Under the pieces are notes generated by a model that had not been told where the DNA came from, searched no databases, and saw only the letters and a program-made list of their open reading frames with translations. A program made the position numbers and the translations under genes. Positions 1 to 8,525 of a stretch of 34,696 nucleotides of DNA are shown here, in pieces. How positions within the stretch are numbered: position 1 is the stretch's first letter; each line of letters starts with the position of its first letter. Source of the DNA: Oscillatoriales cyanobacterium bin_317 (GTDB lineage: Bacteria; Cyanobacteriota; Cyanobacteriia; Leptolyngbyales; Leptolyngbyaceae); assembly GCA_037442585.1 (NCBI GenBank), contig JBBIQC010000001.1, positions 5,327 to 40,022 of the forward strand, in the 5' to 3' direction.

Positions 1-476
1 CCCAGTTGCTGCTGAAAGTCGATCGTGCCTGCCTCCCAGGCTGTCATCCCGGTAGGAAAGGCTCCGCTATGGCAACAGTCCAGCACAATTACCTGACGAT
101 CGGAGTTGCAATTCTCCATCAGATCATGGACAAAGCTAGCCGGAGTAGCGCTGCCTTTGTTCAGCCTGCCCTGCCGGGTTTTGCAGGTGGTACGGTTGGT
201 GAAGAAGAAATGCCCCGATTCATCGGTAATCCCATGCCCCGAAAAATAGAGCAGGACTAAATCATCCGGTTGGCAATCATCAAACAGGGTGGCGATCGCA
301 TTCTGAAGTTGCCCCAAATCCGGATCCGGCAGTTCATCAACTCGATCAAAGTGGCCCAGATTTGGGTCTTTCAATACGGATGCGATCGCGGCGATGTCTT
401 GTTTAGCAGCGGGTAGGGGTTTGAGGTCGTTTGAGTCATAAGTGCTGACACCAATCAGTAGGGCGATCTTGGCCAT
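1..476 (-). CDS. Caspase family (peptidase C14, orthocaspase-like) protein, N-terminal part; runs off the left edge
   Basis: Not in the ORF track. Manual minus-strand translation from ATG at 476 is open to position 1: MAKIALLIGVSTYDSNDLKPLPAAKQD...DDLVLLYFSGHG...QVIVLDCCHSGAF. It has the ALLIG strand and the His (SGHG) and Cys (LDCCHSG) catalytic motifs. Confidence 0.93.
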   Translation of the reverse strand, partial: MAKIALLIGVSTYDSNDLKPLPAAKQDIAAIASVLKDPNLGHFDRVDELPDPDLGQLQNAIATLFDDCQPDDLVLLYFSGHGITDESGHFFFTNRTTCKTRQGRLNKGSATPASFVHDLMENCNSDRQVIVLDCCHSGAFPTGMTAWEAGTIDFQQQL

Positions 477-486
477 GAAACGTCAT

Positions 487-894
487 CTAACCATTCACAT
501 CTGGTTTGTCAGATCCATTTCCCGCCAACCGCTTGATCGTCTCTTCCACCGCCAACAGTTCCTCACGACTACTGACTTCGATATCTACTTCTCGTCCGTC
601 CGTAAATTTCGCTTTAATTTTGATCGGTTTATTCCCCAAGCGATCGCCCAAAAAGCCAAACAAATTTCTGATACTGGTAAGGCTGACATCGGCCTGCAGC
701 AAGCCCCACAAAAACGACAGCATGGCCCGACTGCCTTCCGGCGGTGGGTTGGGATCAGGAACCCGATCGACCTTAATGCCTTCCATCTTCTTCAGTTGTT
801 GCCAGAGGCTCTGAGTCAGGGCTTCCTGTTTGTCGATAGGAGTATTTGGGTCTTGAAAGGCGATCGTGAGTTTAACGTGAGACTTCGGAGTCAT
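487..894 (-). CDS. EACC1-like (effector-associated constant component 1) small protein
   Basis: About 135 aa from MTPKSHVKLTIAF. Pro-rich loop PDPNPPPEGSRA followed by hydrophobic MLSFLWGLL...LFGFLGDRLGNKPIKI. Ends 10 nt upstream of the caspase. Family assignment is from recalled pattern and gene context. Confidence 0.7.
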   Translation of the reverse strand: MTPKSHVKLTIAFQDPNTPIDKQEALTQSLWQQLKKMEGIKVDRVPDPNPPPEGSRAMLSFLWGLLQADVSLTSIRNLFGFLGDRLGNKPIKIKAKFTDGREVDIEVSSREELLAVEETIKRLAGNGSDKPDVNG

Positions 895-1031
895 ATTGGT
901 CGAGGGGCGATCGAGCTGCAAATTCTTTTCTTCTAATGTATATCACTTCCCCAGAGGAACTCTTCGGGACTACCTGGTTTACTGGTACAGCAGGCAAACC
1001 TAGAAAACCACGATGCAACTGGACAGGTTTT

Positions 1032-1064
1032 AGACCTCCGAGGTTTTGAGAACCTCGGAGGTCT
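1032..1064. repeat. REP-like palindrome with a 14-bp perfect stem
   Basis: AGACCTCCGAGGTT-ttgag-AACCTCGGAGGTCT. Confidence 0.85.
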
Positions 1065-1111
1065 TGGGGCGTAAACTGGTAGAAGGCAACATCTCCCTCA
1101 TGCCAACGGTC

Positions 1112-1665
1112 ATGGTTCAGACTCCTACCAAGCCCCTGACTCTCGAAGAATTTCTGCAACTGCCGGAAACCAAACCTGCCAGCGAATTCATCGATGGTCA
1201 AATTATTCAAAAGCCCATGCCCCAAGGAAAGCACAGCACCATTCAAGGCGATCTGGGTGCTGACATCAACCAGTCCCTTAAACCAAATCGCATCGCCCGT
1301 GCCTATTCAGAACTCCGCTGCACATTTGGAGGGAGATCCCTTGTCCCTGATCTAGCAATCTTTACCTGGGAACGCATTCCCCGTGACGAGAAGGGTGAAG
1401 TTGCGAATACTTTTGCGATCGCCCCCGACTGGACCTTTCCCCCGACCAAAGCCAGACCAGGGTGGTACGAAATATCCTGCATTGCCTTGCCAATGGCACC
1501 CAGATGGGCTGGTTAATTGATCCTGATGAGAAATTGGTTTTTGTCTATTTTGCCGATCGCACCCTGGCTGTGTTTGAAGACCCCAGCGATCGCATTCCCG
1601 GCCCTGCCTTTGCCGCAACCTTCAGCCTCACCATCAGTCAACTGTTCAGTTGGCTTGAGGCATAA
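1112..1665 (+). pseudogene. Uma2 (DUF820, PD-(D/E)XK) endonuclease, frameshifted at about 1435
   Basis: MVQTPTKPLTLEEFLQLPETKPASEFIDGQIIQKPMPQGKHS...VPD...APDWT continues in another frame as LSPDQSQTRVVRNILHCL...GWLIDP. The usual IEI residues between the two parts are missing. Confidence 0.88.
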
Positions 1666-1821
1666 CTGAATCCTTGTCTGACCGCGAGGCACCCTATTGT
1701 TGGGAATCATTGAGCGGGATTTGATCTGCTTTACGGCAGATGGCAGCGGTGGAGCGATCTCGTTCTCACTGAACAATCACGCTAGAATGAAGCATCCATT
1801 GAGACTGGGGGAGACTCGGCT

Positions 1822-2400
1822 ATGAGCCAAACCACCCAACCCTTCATTGAAAAAATTCATTGGACTGTGCGCGATGTGGAAGCCTTGCCTCAGGGTGAAG
1901 GAACGCGCTATGAAATCATCAATGGAGAACTGTTTGTGACCCGATCGCCCCACCGTCGCCATCAACAAGTAGGCGGCAGAGTTTTTGCTGTCCTTGATGA
2001 CTGGTCTGAAGCCACAGACTTAGGAGAGGCCATTCCGACCCCTGGCGTGATTTTCTCTGATTCCGATAGCGTAATTCCGGATGTGGTATGGGTTAGTAAA
2101 GCCAGATTAGCCGCGATCGAAGATGAGGCAGGCCATTTAACTGCAGCACCCGATTTAGTAGTGGAAGTGTTGTCACCAGGGCCGCAAAATGAAGCCCGCG
2201 ATCGAGACAGCAAACTCCACCTTTACTCAATAACAGGTGTGCAGGAATATTGGATTTTGAACCGCTTGACGCAACAAGTAGAACTCTACCGCCGCATCGA
2301 TAACCAACTCACTCGGATTGCAACGCTAGAAAAGACAGACACCCTCACTTCCCCACTGTTACCTGGCTTTTCTTGCCTGGTTTCTCGTCTATTCCGCTAG
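1822..2400 (+). CDS. Uma2 family endonuclease
   Basis: YEIINGEL, VIPDVVWV, APDLVVEVLSP and GVQEYWI motifs. Confidence 0.93.
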   Translation: MSQTTQPFIEKIHWTVRDVEALPQGEGTRYEIINGELFVTRSPHRRHQQVGGRVFAVLDDWSEATDLGEAIPTPGVIFSDSDSVIPDVVWVSKARLAAIEDEAGHLTAAPDLVVEVLSPGPQNEARDRDSKLHLYSITGVQEYWILNRLTQQVELYRRIDNQLTRIATLEKTDTLTSPLLPGFSCLVSRLFR

Positions 2401-2419
2401 GCTGAAACTATGCATCGGA

Positions 2420-4471
2420 ATGGTTGTCAATGTGTCTACGTCCCTGACTGCTGAGTTATATCCCTCTAAATACCGTCTGCTGGGGTTAGTCGGACAGGGG
2501 CAGTTTGGGCGAGTGTATTGTGCCAGCCATCGCAAAACGGGAGCGATCGTCGCTCTGAAGGAATTAGATCGGCAACGGTTTTCCACCCAAAAGTTTTTGC
2601 GGGAACTGCGGTTTCTCCTGCTGTTGCAGCATCCCCATATCGTAACCTGTCGGGCCTTGGAGCAAACGGAAACAAGTCGTTATCTGGTGATGGATTACTG
2701 TGAAGCTGGAACGTTGCGCAACCTGTTGGATGAGGAGGTTTGTCTCCATCCCGTTCAGGGACTCAATTTGCTCACTCAAGTTCTGAACGGATTAGAGCAC
2801 GCCCATCAACGGGGAATCGTTCATTGTGATATCAAGCCAGAAAATATTCTGCTGACCGCGATCGCCGATGGATGGACAGCCCGAATTTCAGATTTTGGCA
2901 TTGCCCGGTTAAGTCAGGAGTTATTTAACGCAGAGTTCAGTAATACCGGATCGCCCGCTTACATGGCTCCAGAGCGATTTTATGGCCAGTATTCTCCAGC
3001 GTCTGACCTGTATGCGATCGGCATCATGCTGTATGAGCTACTGGTGGGTCATCGTCCGTTTTCGGGTGCTCCTGCGGAACTGATGTCAGCCCACTTGAAT
3101 CAAGCTCTCCAGATTCCAGATACCGTTCCCCCAGACTTAAAAACCGTCATTGCCACTGCTCTGCAAAAGCTTCCGGCTCGCCGATTCCGGTCAGCCGCAG
3201 AGATGCGAGAGTGCTTACACATGGCGATCGCCCATTCAGAACCGGAACTGAGTTTGGGGTGGACGGCTCCGGCTCTCTTGCGACCAGGGCAACCTCTAGC
3301 CAGTGTGCCCTTCCAATTTATTGAGCAGGAGCCGTTGAAGCTGCAAATCCAGCAACTGGTGAGTTGCGATCGCCCCTTCTCATGGCCCAAAAATCAGGGT
3401 GGAGAACCGCATCACCAGCAAACTACTCTTTCAACCTCCCAGAAATCAGCACTGGCTGTGCTGCGAGTAGCTGGTCAAAGTATCTGCTACCAAACGTTTG
3501 TGGCTACCGATCCGTTTGATCTTTCCCCTGTGAATTACGCTCCAATTACAGACGAATTTCAGTCGGTAGAACCTGCTGAGCCGATCGCCGCATCGCCGCA
3601 TCCCTGGCCCACTGTACAGGTACAAGAGCCAGTGCTGGATTTAGTTATCCGGCCCCAGGGATGTTTTGCGGTGACTGAAACAGCAGTCTATTTCCTGACT
3701 CTAGACCTGTTTGCGAATCAGCTCCAGGAGAGTGAGGCCGCAGGCCGCAGGCCGCAGGCCGCAGGTCAACGGATCGCCGATCGTTGGCCCATACCCATGC
3801 CTCCACTGCTGATCGCCTTACCACAAAAAGCCCAAGTGGCGATCGATCCTGCCGGAAAATGGATCGCAGCGGTGGCTTCTCAGACCCATCACTTTGGGAG
3901 TCAATTGAACCTGTGGCACTTTAAGCCTTTCCTCCCCTTTCGGCCTGCGATCGTTCGCCCCATCACTCCCTGTTTTCAAATTCTGGCGCTCGATTCCCGT
4001 CATATCGTCACCTTTTCCCATGTCACCGATGGAGAAGCCTGCATTACAGGAGTGCGACTGGAGGGATTTACCCGCCGGGGAACCGCTTTAGGAACCCTGC
4101 AACTCCCCGTTCCGCTGCAGCCAATTGGCCTTACTTCTACCCCTTATCGTCTATTGGCTCTTGAACCCCAGTATCCCAAGTCAATCTTAGTCCTGGATCT
4201 GAAACCCTTACGGATTCAACGGATCGGTTTAGATATAACTCCTAAATATGTAGTCACCACAACCTGGGGTTCCTTACTGATGGCAGCAGATGGCGAAATC
4301 GCTGTGTTGAACAATTACGGGCAAACGATCGGCAGTATTCATGGCCCTGCTCATCCCACCGCGATCGCCGCCCTCTCCCCCTACGAATTCCTGATTGCCA
4401 CCTGGCACCAGAATCACGGTTGCCTCTATCGAGTTGACCTGCGGCAGTTGGATTTAGAAGTCATTTTTTAG
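2420..4471 (+). CDS. Hanks-type Ser/Thr protein kinase with uncharacterised C-terminal region
   Basis: GQGQFG, VALK, HCDIKPEN, DFG, YMAPE and SDLYAIG motifs. Confidence 0.93.
   Translation: MVVNVSTSLTAELYPSKYRLLGLVGQGQFGRVYCASHRKTGAIVALKELDRQRFSTQKFLRELRFLLLLQHPHIVTCRALEQTETSRYLVMDYCEAGTLRNLLDEEVCLHPVQGLNLLTQVLNGLEHAHQRGIVHCDIKPENILLTAIADGWTARISDFGIARLSQELFNAEFSNTGSPAYMAPERFYGQYSPASDLYAIGIMLYELLVGHRPFSGAPAELMSAHLNQALQIPDTVPPDLKTVIATALQKLPARRFRSAAEMRECLHMAIAHSEPELSLGWTAPALLRPGQPLASVPFQFIEQEPLKLQIQQLVSCDRPFSWPKNQGGEPHHQQTTLSTSQKSALAVLRVAGQSICYQTFVATDPFDLSPVNYAPITDEFQSVEPAEPIAASPHPWPTVQVQEPVLDLVIRPQGCFAVTETAVYFLTLDLFANQLQESEAAGRRPQAAGQRIADRWPIPMPPLLIALPQKAQVAIDPAGKWIAAVASQTHHFGSQLNLWHFKPFLPFRPAIVRPITPCFQILALDSRHIVTFSHVTDGEACITGVRLEGFTRRGTALGTLQLPVPLQPIGLTSTPYRLLALEPQYPKSILVLDLKPLRIQRIGLDITPKYVVTTTWGSLLMAADGEIAVLNNYGQTIGSIHGPAHPTAIAALSPYEFLIATWHQNHGCLYRVDLRQLDLEVIF
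3735..3765 (+). repeat. Heptamer tandem repeat (AGGCCGC)x4 inside the kinase CDS
   Basis: AGGCCGC at 3735, 3742, 3749 and 3756, then AGG. Confidence 0.9.
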
Positions 4472-4507
4472 GGGTTGGGGATGAGGGGATTATGCTTGCT
4501 GTTTGTT

Positions 4508-4593
4508 AATCCAAAATCCAACATCGCAAATCCAAAATCCCCCTTTCCCCCTGTCCCCCATTCCCGCTACCCTATTCCCTATTCCCTACTCCC
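4508..4593 (+). repeat. Degenerate STRR-like heptamer repeats (AATCCAA-type and CCTATTC-type)
   Basis: aatccaaaatccaacatcgcaaatccaaaatcc followed by ccctattccctattccctactccc in the intergenic region. Confidence 0.7.
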
Positions 4594-4603
4594 TTCTGAT
4601 CTG

Positions 4604-5317
4604 ATGTCCTTTCATTGGTTAACTCCCAGTCACTTGATCGTCCTGGGACTGCTGCTTGTGTTTGCGATCGCCCACAGTGGTCTCGCGGCCCTGCGTCCCT
4701 GGGGTGAGAAACGGATTGGCCCCCGACTCTATCGAGTCTTGTTTGCGCTGGTCAGTCTACCGCTGGCAACCGTGCTAATCATTTACTTCTTCAACCATCG
4801 GTATGATGGGTTGCAACTCTGGCAGGTGCAGGGTGTTCCAGGCGTGCGACCGTTGGTCTGGAGCTTGTCGGCCATTTCCTTTCTGTTTCTTTACCCGGCA
4901 ACCTTTAATTTGCTGGAAATTGCCGCCATCCAAAAACCCCAGGTGCATCTGTATGAGACGGGCATTATTCGCATTACTCGTCATCCCCAGATGGTAGGAC
5001 AGATTATCTGGTGTATCGCCCATACGCTCTGGTTGGGCACCACGTTCATGATCGTCACTTCAGTGGGACTGGTGCTGCATCACTTGTTTGGGGTGTGGCA
5101 TGGCGATCGTCGCCTCTCTGCCCGCTATGGGGAAGCCTTTGCCGCTGTGAAAGCCCGCACATCAGTCATTCCGTTTCTGGCCATTGCTCAGGGACGACAA
5201 TCATTGAAGTTGCAAGAGTTTTTGCGTCCCGCCTATTTAGGAGTAGCCGGATTTGTTTTATTGTTTTGGTGGGCACATCCATTATTAATTCAAGCAACAG
5301 CCAACGTTCACTGGTAG
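4604..5317 (+). CDS. NnrU family membrane protein (15-cis-zeta-carotene isomerase, Z-ISO-like)
   Basis: FAIAHSGLAALR, GIIRITRHPQMVGQ and HGDRRL motifs with several TM helices. Start placed at MSFHW because the upstream extension is repeat-derived. Confidence 0.88.
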   Translation: MSFHWLTPSHLIVLGLLLVFAIAHSGLAALRPWGEKRIGPRLYRVLFALVSLPLATVLIIYFFNHRYDGLQLWQVQGVPGVRPLVWSLSAISFLFLYPATFNLLEIAAIQKPQVHLYETGIIRITRHPQMVGQIIWCIAHTLWLGTTFMIVTSVGLVLHHLFGVWHGDRRLSARYGEAFAAVKARTSVIPFLAIAQGRQSLKLQEFLRPAYLGVAGFVLLFWWAHPLLIQATANVHW

Positions 5318-5372
5318 GATATTTCCAAGCACTTTTCGGCACCTTCCTTGATTAAAAGTAGTTAACAACACA

Positions 5373-5711
5373 ATGGGCGATTTAACATTTGAGAAGGAAA
5401 TTTTAGAGTCCTCCAGTCCTGTTTTAGTTCACTTTGGTGCGCCCTGGTGTGGGCCTTGCCGCATGATCGAGCCGTTGCTTTCCCGATTTCAAGCAGAATG
5501 CGGCAGTTCTCTCAAACTGATTCGAATTAATGCCGATGAAAACATCAAATTAACCAGCCATTACCGAATTACTACCCTACCCACCCTCCTTTTCTTTGAA
5601 AAAGGAGAACTGTTGCACCGGATGGAAGGCATGCACAAGCGAGAAGTGCTTTGGGGAGAACTGGCAAAATGGGTTCCCAGTTTTCTGCGGGCCTCCAGTT
5701 CTACCAAGTAG
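5373..5711 (+). CDS. Thioredoxin (at the trxC-like position upstream of ndhF1)
   Basis: 112 aa with APWCGPC active site and a TLPTL cis-Pro motif. Confidence 0.92.
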   Translation: MGDLTFEKEILESSSPVLVHFGAPWCGPCRMIEPLLSRFQAECGSSLKLIRINADENIKLTSHYRITTLPTLLFFEKGELLHRMEGMHKREVLWGELAKWVPSFLRASSSTK

Positions 5712-6076
5712 TCTAGATACCCTGACTTGGTCGATTAAATCAGCCGGGACAGGCGATCGAGGGCATCCTCTAAACCTGTTTCGCTTGCAATTGGATCGAA
5801 TGTACTTATAGCCAACCCCCGCTCCCCGCTCCTCAATCCCTTCCGCAGGGTCGGGACAGCTTTGGCGATTTCCTGGTAAAACACGAAATAAATCTTAAAA
5901 TCCTTCTCGGATGAGTTTTATCCGATCTAGAAATGTATCGTTGCGATCGCATTCTTGGAAAACTGTTCCTGGAAGCTGAAATCTTGTGTTCACTCTTGAC
6001 AGTTTCCTGGCAAGCTTGTGTCACAATGTAAGCGGTTTTTCCAATTCCGTGAAGAACTTTTACGCGGCCATAATCA

Positions 6077-8170
6077 ATGGAAATGTTATATCAATACGCC
6101 TGGCTAATCCCTGTACTGCCCCTATTGGCGGCTGCACTGATTGGCATGGGTTTGATCTCTTTCAGTAAGCTGACGAACAGCCTGCGACGACTATCAGCTA
6201 TTTTCGTCGTTTCAGTGATGGGATTTGCGATGGTGCTCTCCTTTGCCATCTTCTGGAATCAGTTCCAGGGACATGCCCCTTACACTCAGATGATTGAGTG
6301 GGCAGCGGCGGGAGATTTCCACCTCAGTATGGGGTATGTCATCGATAACCTGTCTGCTCTGATGCTGGTGATTGTGACCACCGTAGCGTTTCTGGTCATG
6401 ATCTATACCGACGGCTACATGGCGCATGATCCTGGCTACGTTCGCTTTTATGCCTACTTGAGCCTGTTTAGTTCCTCCATGTTGGGACTGGTGATTAGCC
6501 CCAATCTCGTACAGGTCTATATTTTTTGGGAACTGGTGGGGATGTGTTCCTACCTGCTGATCGGCTTCTGGTATGACCGAAAAGCCGCTGCTGATGCTGC
6601 CCAAAAAGCATTTGTCACCAACCGGGTGGGTGACTTTGGGTTGTTACTGGGCATCTTGGGGCTTTACTGGGCCACCCATAGTTTTGATTTCGGCACGATC
6701 GGAGAACGGCTGCAGCAACTCGTCGAATCCGGTGCTTTAAGTGGCGCAATCGCCGCTTTGTTTGCGGTGTTAGTATTCCTGGGGCCAGTCGCCAAATCTG
6801 CTCAGCTTCCCCTGCATGTCTGGTTGCCAGATGCGATGGAAGGCCCCACTCCCATTTCCGCCCTGATCCATGCGGCAACGATGGTGGCAGCCGGAGTATT
6901 TTTGATTGCCCGGATGTTCCCGGTGTTTGAAGAAATCCCGACGGCCATGAATGTGATTGCCTGGACGGGAGCCTGCACCGCTTTTGTGGGAGCCACCACA
7001 GCCATTACCCAAAACGATATTAAGAAGGGGCTGGCTTACTCCACCATGTCCCAGTTGGGGTACATGGTGATGGCTATGGGGGTAGGCGGCTATAGTGCCG
7101 GAATGTTCCACCTGATGACTCATGCCTACTTTAAAGCCATGTTGTTCCTGGGTTCCGGTTCCGTTATTCACGGCATGGAAGGGGTCGTCGGTCATGATCC
7201 GGCTTACGCGCAGGATATGCGGATGATGGGTGGCTTGCGGAAGTATATGCCGATTACAGCCGTAACCTTTTTCATTGGCGTGTTGGCGATTTCTGGAATT
7301 CCGCCCTTTGCCGGATTCTGGTCAAAGGATGAAATCTTAGGATTAACCTTTGCGGCCAATCCCACCCTCTGGTTGATTGGCTGGGTAACGGCTGGAATCA
7401 CGGCCTTCTATATGTTCCGGATGTATTTCACCACCTTTGAAGGACAATTCCGGGGCAAGGATGTGGGTATTGCGAACCAGATCAAGGCGGAACAACTGCA
7501 GGCGGCTGGTCTTGCTTTTGGCCCAGGCGCGATGAATCCCCAGGAATTGCTGGTGGAGCCGATCGCAGACAGCCACGATGCTCACGGATCGCATGGTCAC
7601 AGCAGCACTCCCCATGAATCTGCACTGTCCATGACCGTGCCGCTGATTCTTCTGGCCATTCCTTCGATGCTGATTGGTCTGGCAGGTACACCCTTCCACA
7701 ATTACTTTGAAGCCTTTATTCATCCTCCTGGGGAAGTGATTGAGGCATTGCAGCCTGGATTCCACAACCTACCTGCCGAGGAACTGAATGAGTTTCTGGT
7801 GATGGCTGGCAATTCGGTGGGCATCAGCCTGATCGGGATTACCCTGGCTTCGCTGATGTATCTGCGGCACAAGATTGACCCGGCGGCGATCGCGGAAAAA
7901 ATCCCGGCTCTGTATCAACTGTCCAAGAACAAGTGGTACTTCGATGACGTTTACAATGTTGTATTCGTCCAGGGAAGCCGCCGCTTGGCTCGCCAGGTAC
8001 TGGAAGTGGACTACAAGGTTGTGGATGGAGTGGTGAACCTGACCGGGTTGATTACTCTGCTCACAGGGGAAGGTCTGAAATACCTTGAAAATGGCCGCGC
8101 TCAATTCTATGCCTTGATTGTGTTTGCAGCCGTCCTGGGCCTGGTGATCTTCTCTGGCGTAACGTCCTAA
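6077..8170 (+). CDS. ndhF1: NAD(P)H-quinone oxidoreductase (NDH-1) subunit 5
   Basis: WELVGMCSYLLIGFW, NRVGD, KSAQLPLHVWLPDAMEGPTPISALIHAATMV. Confidence 0.97.
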   Translation: MEMLYQYAWLIPVLPLLAAALIGMGLISFSKLTNSLRRLSAIFVVSVMGFAMVLSFAIFWNQFQGHAPYTQMIEWAAAGDFHLSMGYVIDNLSALMLVIVTTVAFLVMIYTDGYMAHDPGYVRFYAYLSLFSSSMLGLVISPNLVQVYIFWELVGMCSYLLIGFWYDRKAAADAAQKAFVTNRVGDFGLLLGILGLYWATHSFDFGTIGERLQQLVESGALSGAIAALFAVLVFLGPVAKSAQLPLHVWLPDAMEGPTPISALIHAATMVAAGVFLIARMFPVFEEIPTAMNVIAWTGACTAFVGATTAITQNDIKKGLAYSTMSQLGYMVMAMGVGGYSAGMFHLMTHAYFKAMLFLGSGSVIHGMEGVVGHDPAYAQDMRMMGGLRKYMPITAVTFFIGVLAISGIPPFAGFWSKDEILGLTFAANPTLWLIGWVTAGITAFYMFRMYFTTFEGQFRGKDVGIANQIKAEQLQAAGLAFGPGAMNPQELLVEPIADSHDAHGSHGHSSTPHESALSMTVPLILLAIPSMLIGLAGTPFHNYFEAFIHPPGEVIEALQPGFHNLPAEELNEFLVMAGNSVGISLIGITLASLMYLRHKIDPAAIAEKIPALYQLSKNKWYFDDVYNVVFVQGSRRLARQVLEVDYKVVDGVVNLTGLITLLTGEGLKYLENGRAQFYALIVFAAVLGLVIFSGVTS

Positions 8171-8194
8171 TGATCTGGGATTAAATCACGGGAG

Positions 8195-8256
8195 GGGGTG
8201 GGGTTTGCCGCCAGGTGATTGCATCAGATAGTCTGGTTTGCTAAACCCGCCCGTAC
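8195..8256. repeat. Degenerate REP-like inverted repeat
   Basis: GGGGTGGGGTTTG ... TAAACCCGCCCGTAC arms about 35 nt apart, downstream of ndhF1. Confidence 0.5.
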
Positions 8257-8525
8257 AAAGTTCAGCGTTATTTAGTTCATACTCCTGGCACCATTTCAAT
8301 TTTGTCCAGCATACTGGGGGCGGAGTATTTGGGATTACTCACTGTTGATTACAGCTTGATCACCAAATGCTGCGCCCCTTCTCATGCCTCTTACCCCTGT
8401 CCTAACCCTTTAAATCCTGTCCAAGTCCAGAATTATTTTCTCTCTGTAAGGAAGTGCCAGTTTGCTAGCTGGACTTGGCTTAGTAAACCTGTCTCATAAC
8501 GAATCTCTAAATTGCAAAAACTCAA

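Noticed and set aside
442-936. 164-aa plus-strand ORF, and 6..260 (+)
   Set aside because: Antisense shadows of the EACC1-like and caspase genes with no recognisable motifs.
4475-4603. N-terminal extension of the NnrU ORF
   Set aside because: It translates heptamer repeats (NPKS, PIPYSL); the true start is more likely 4604.
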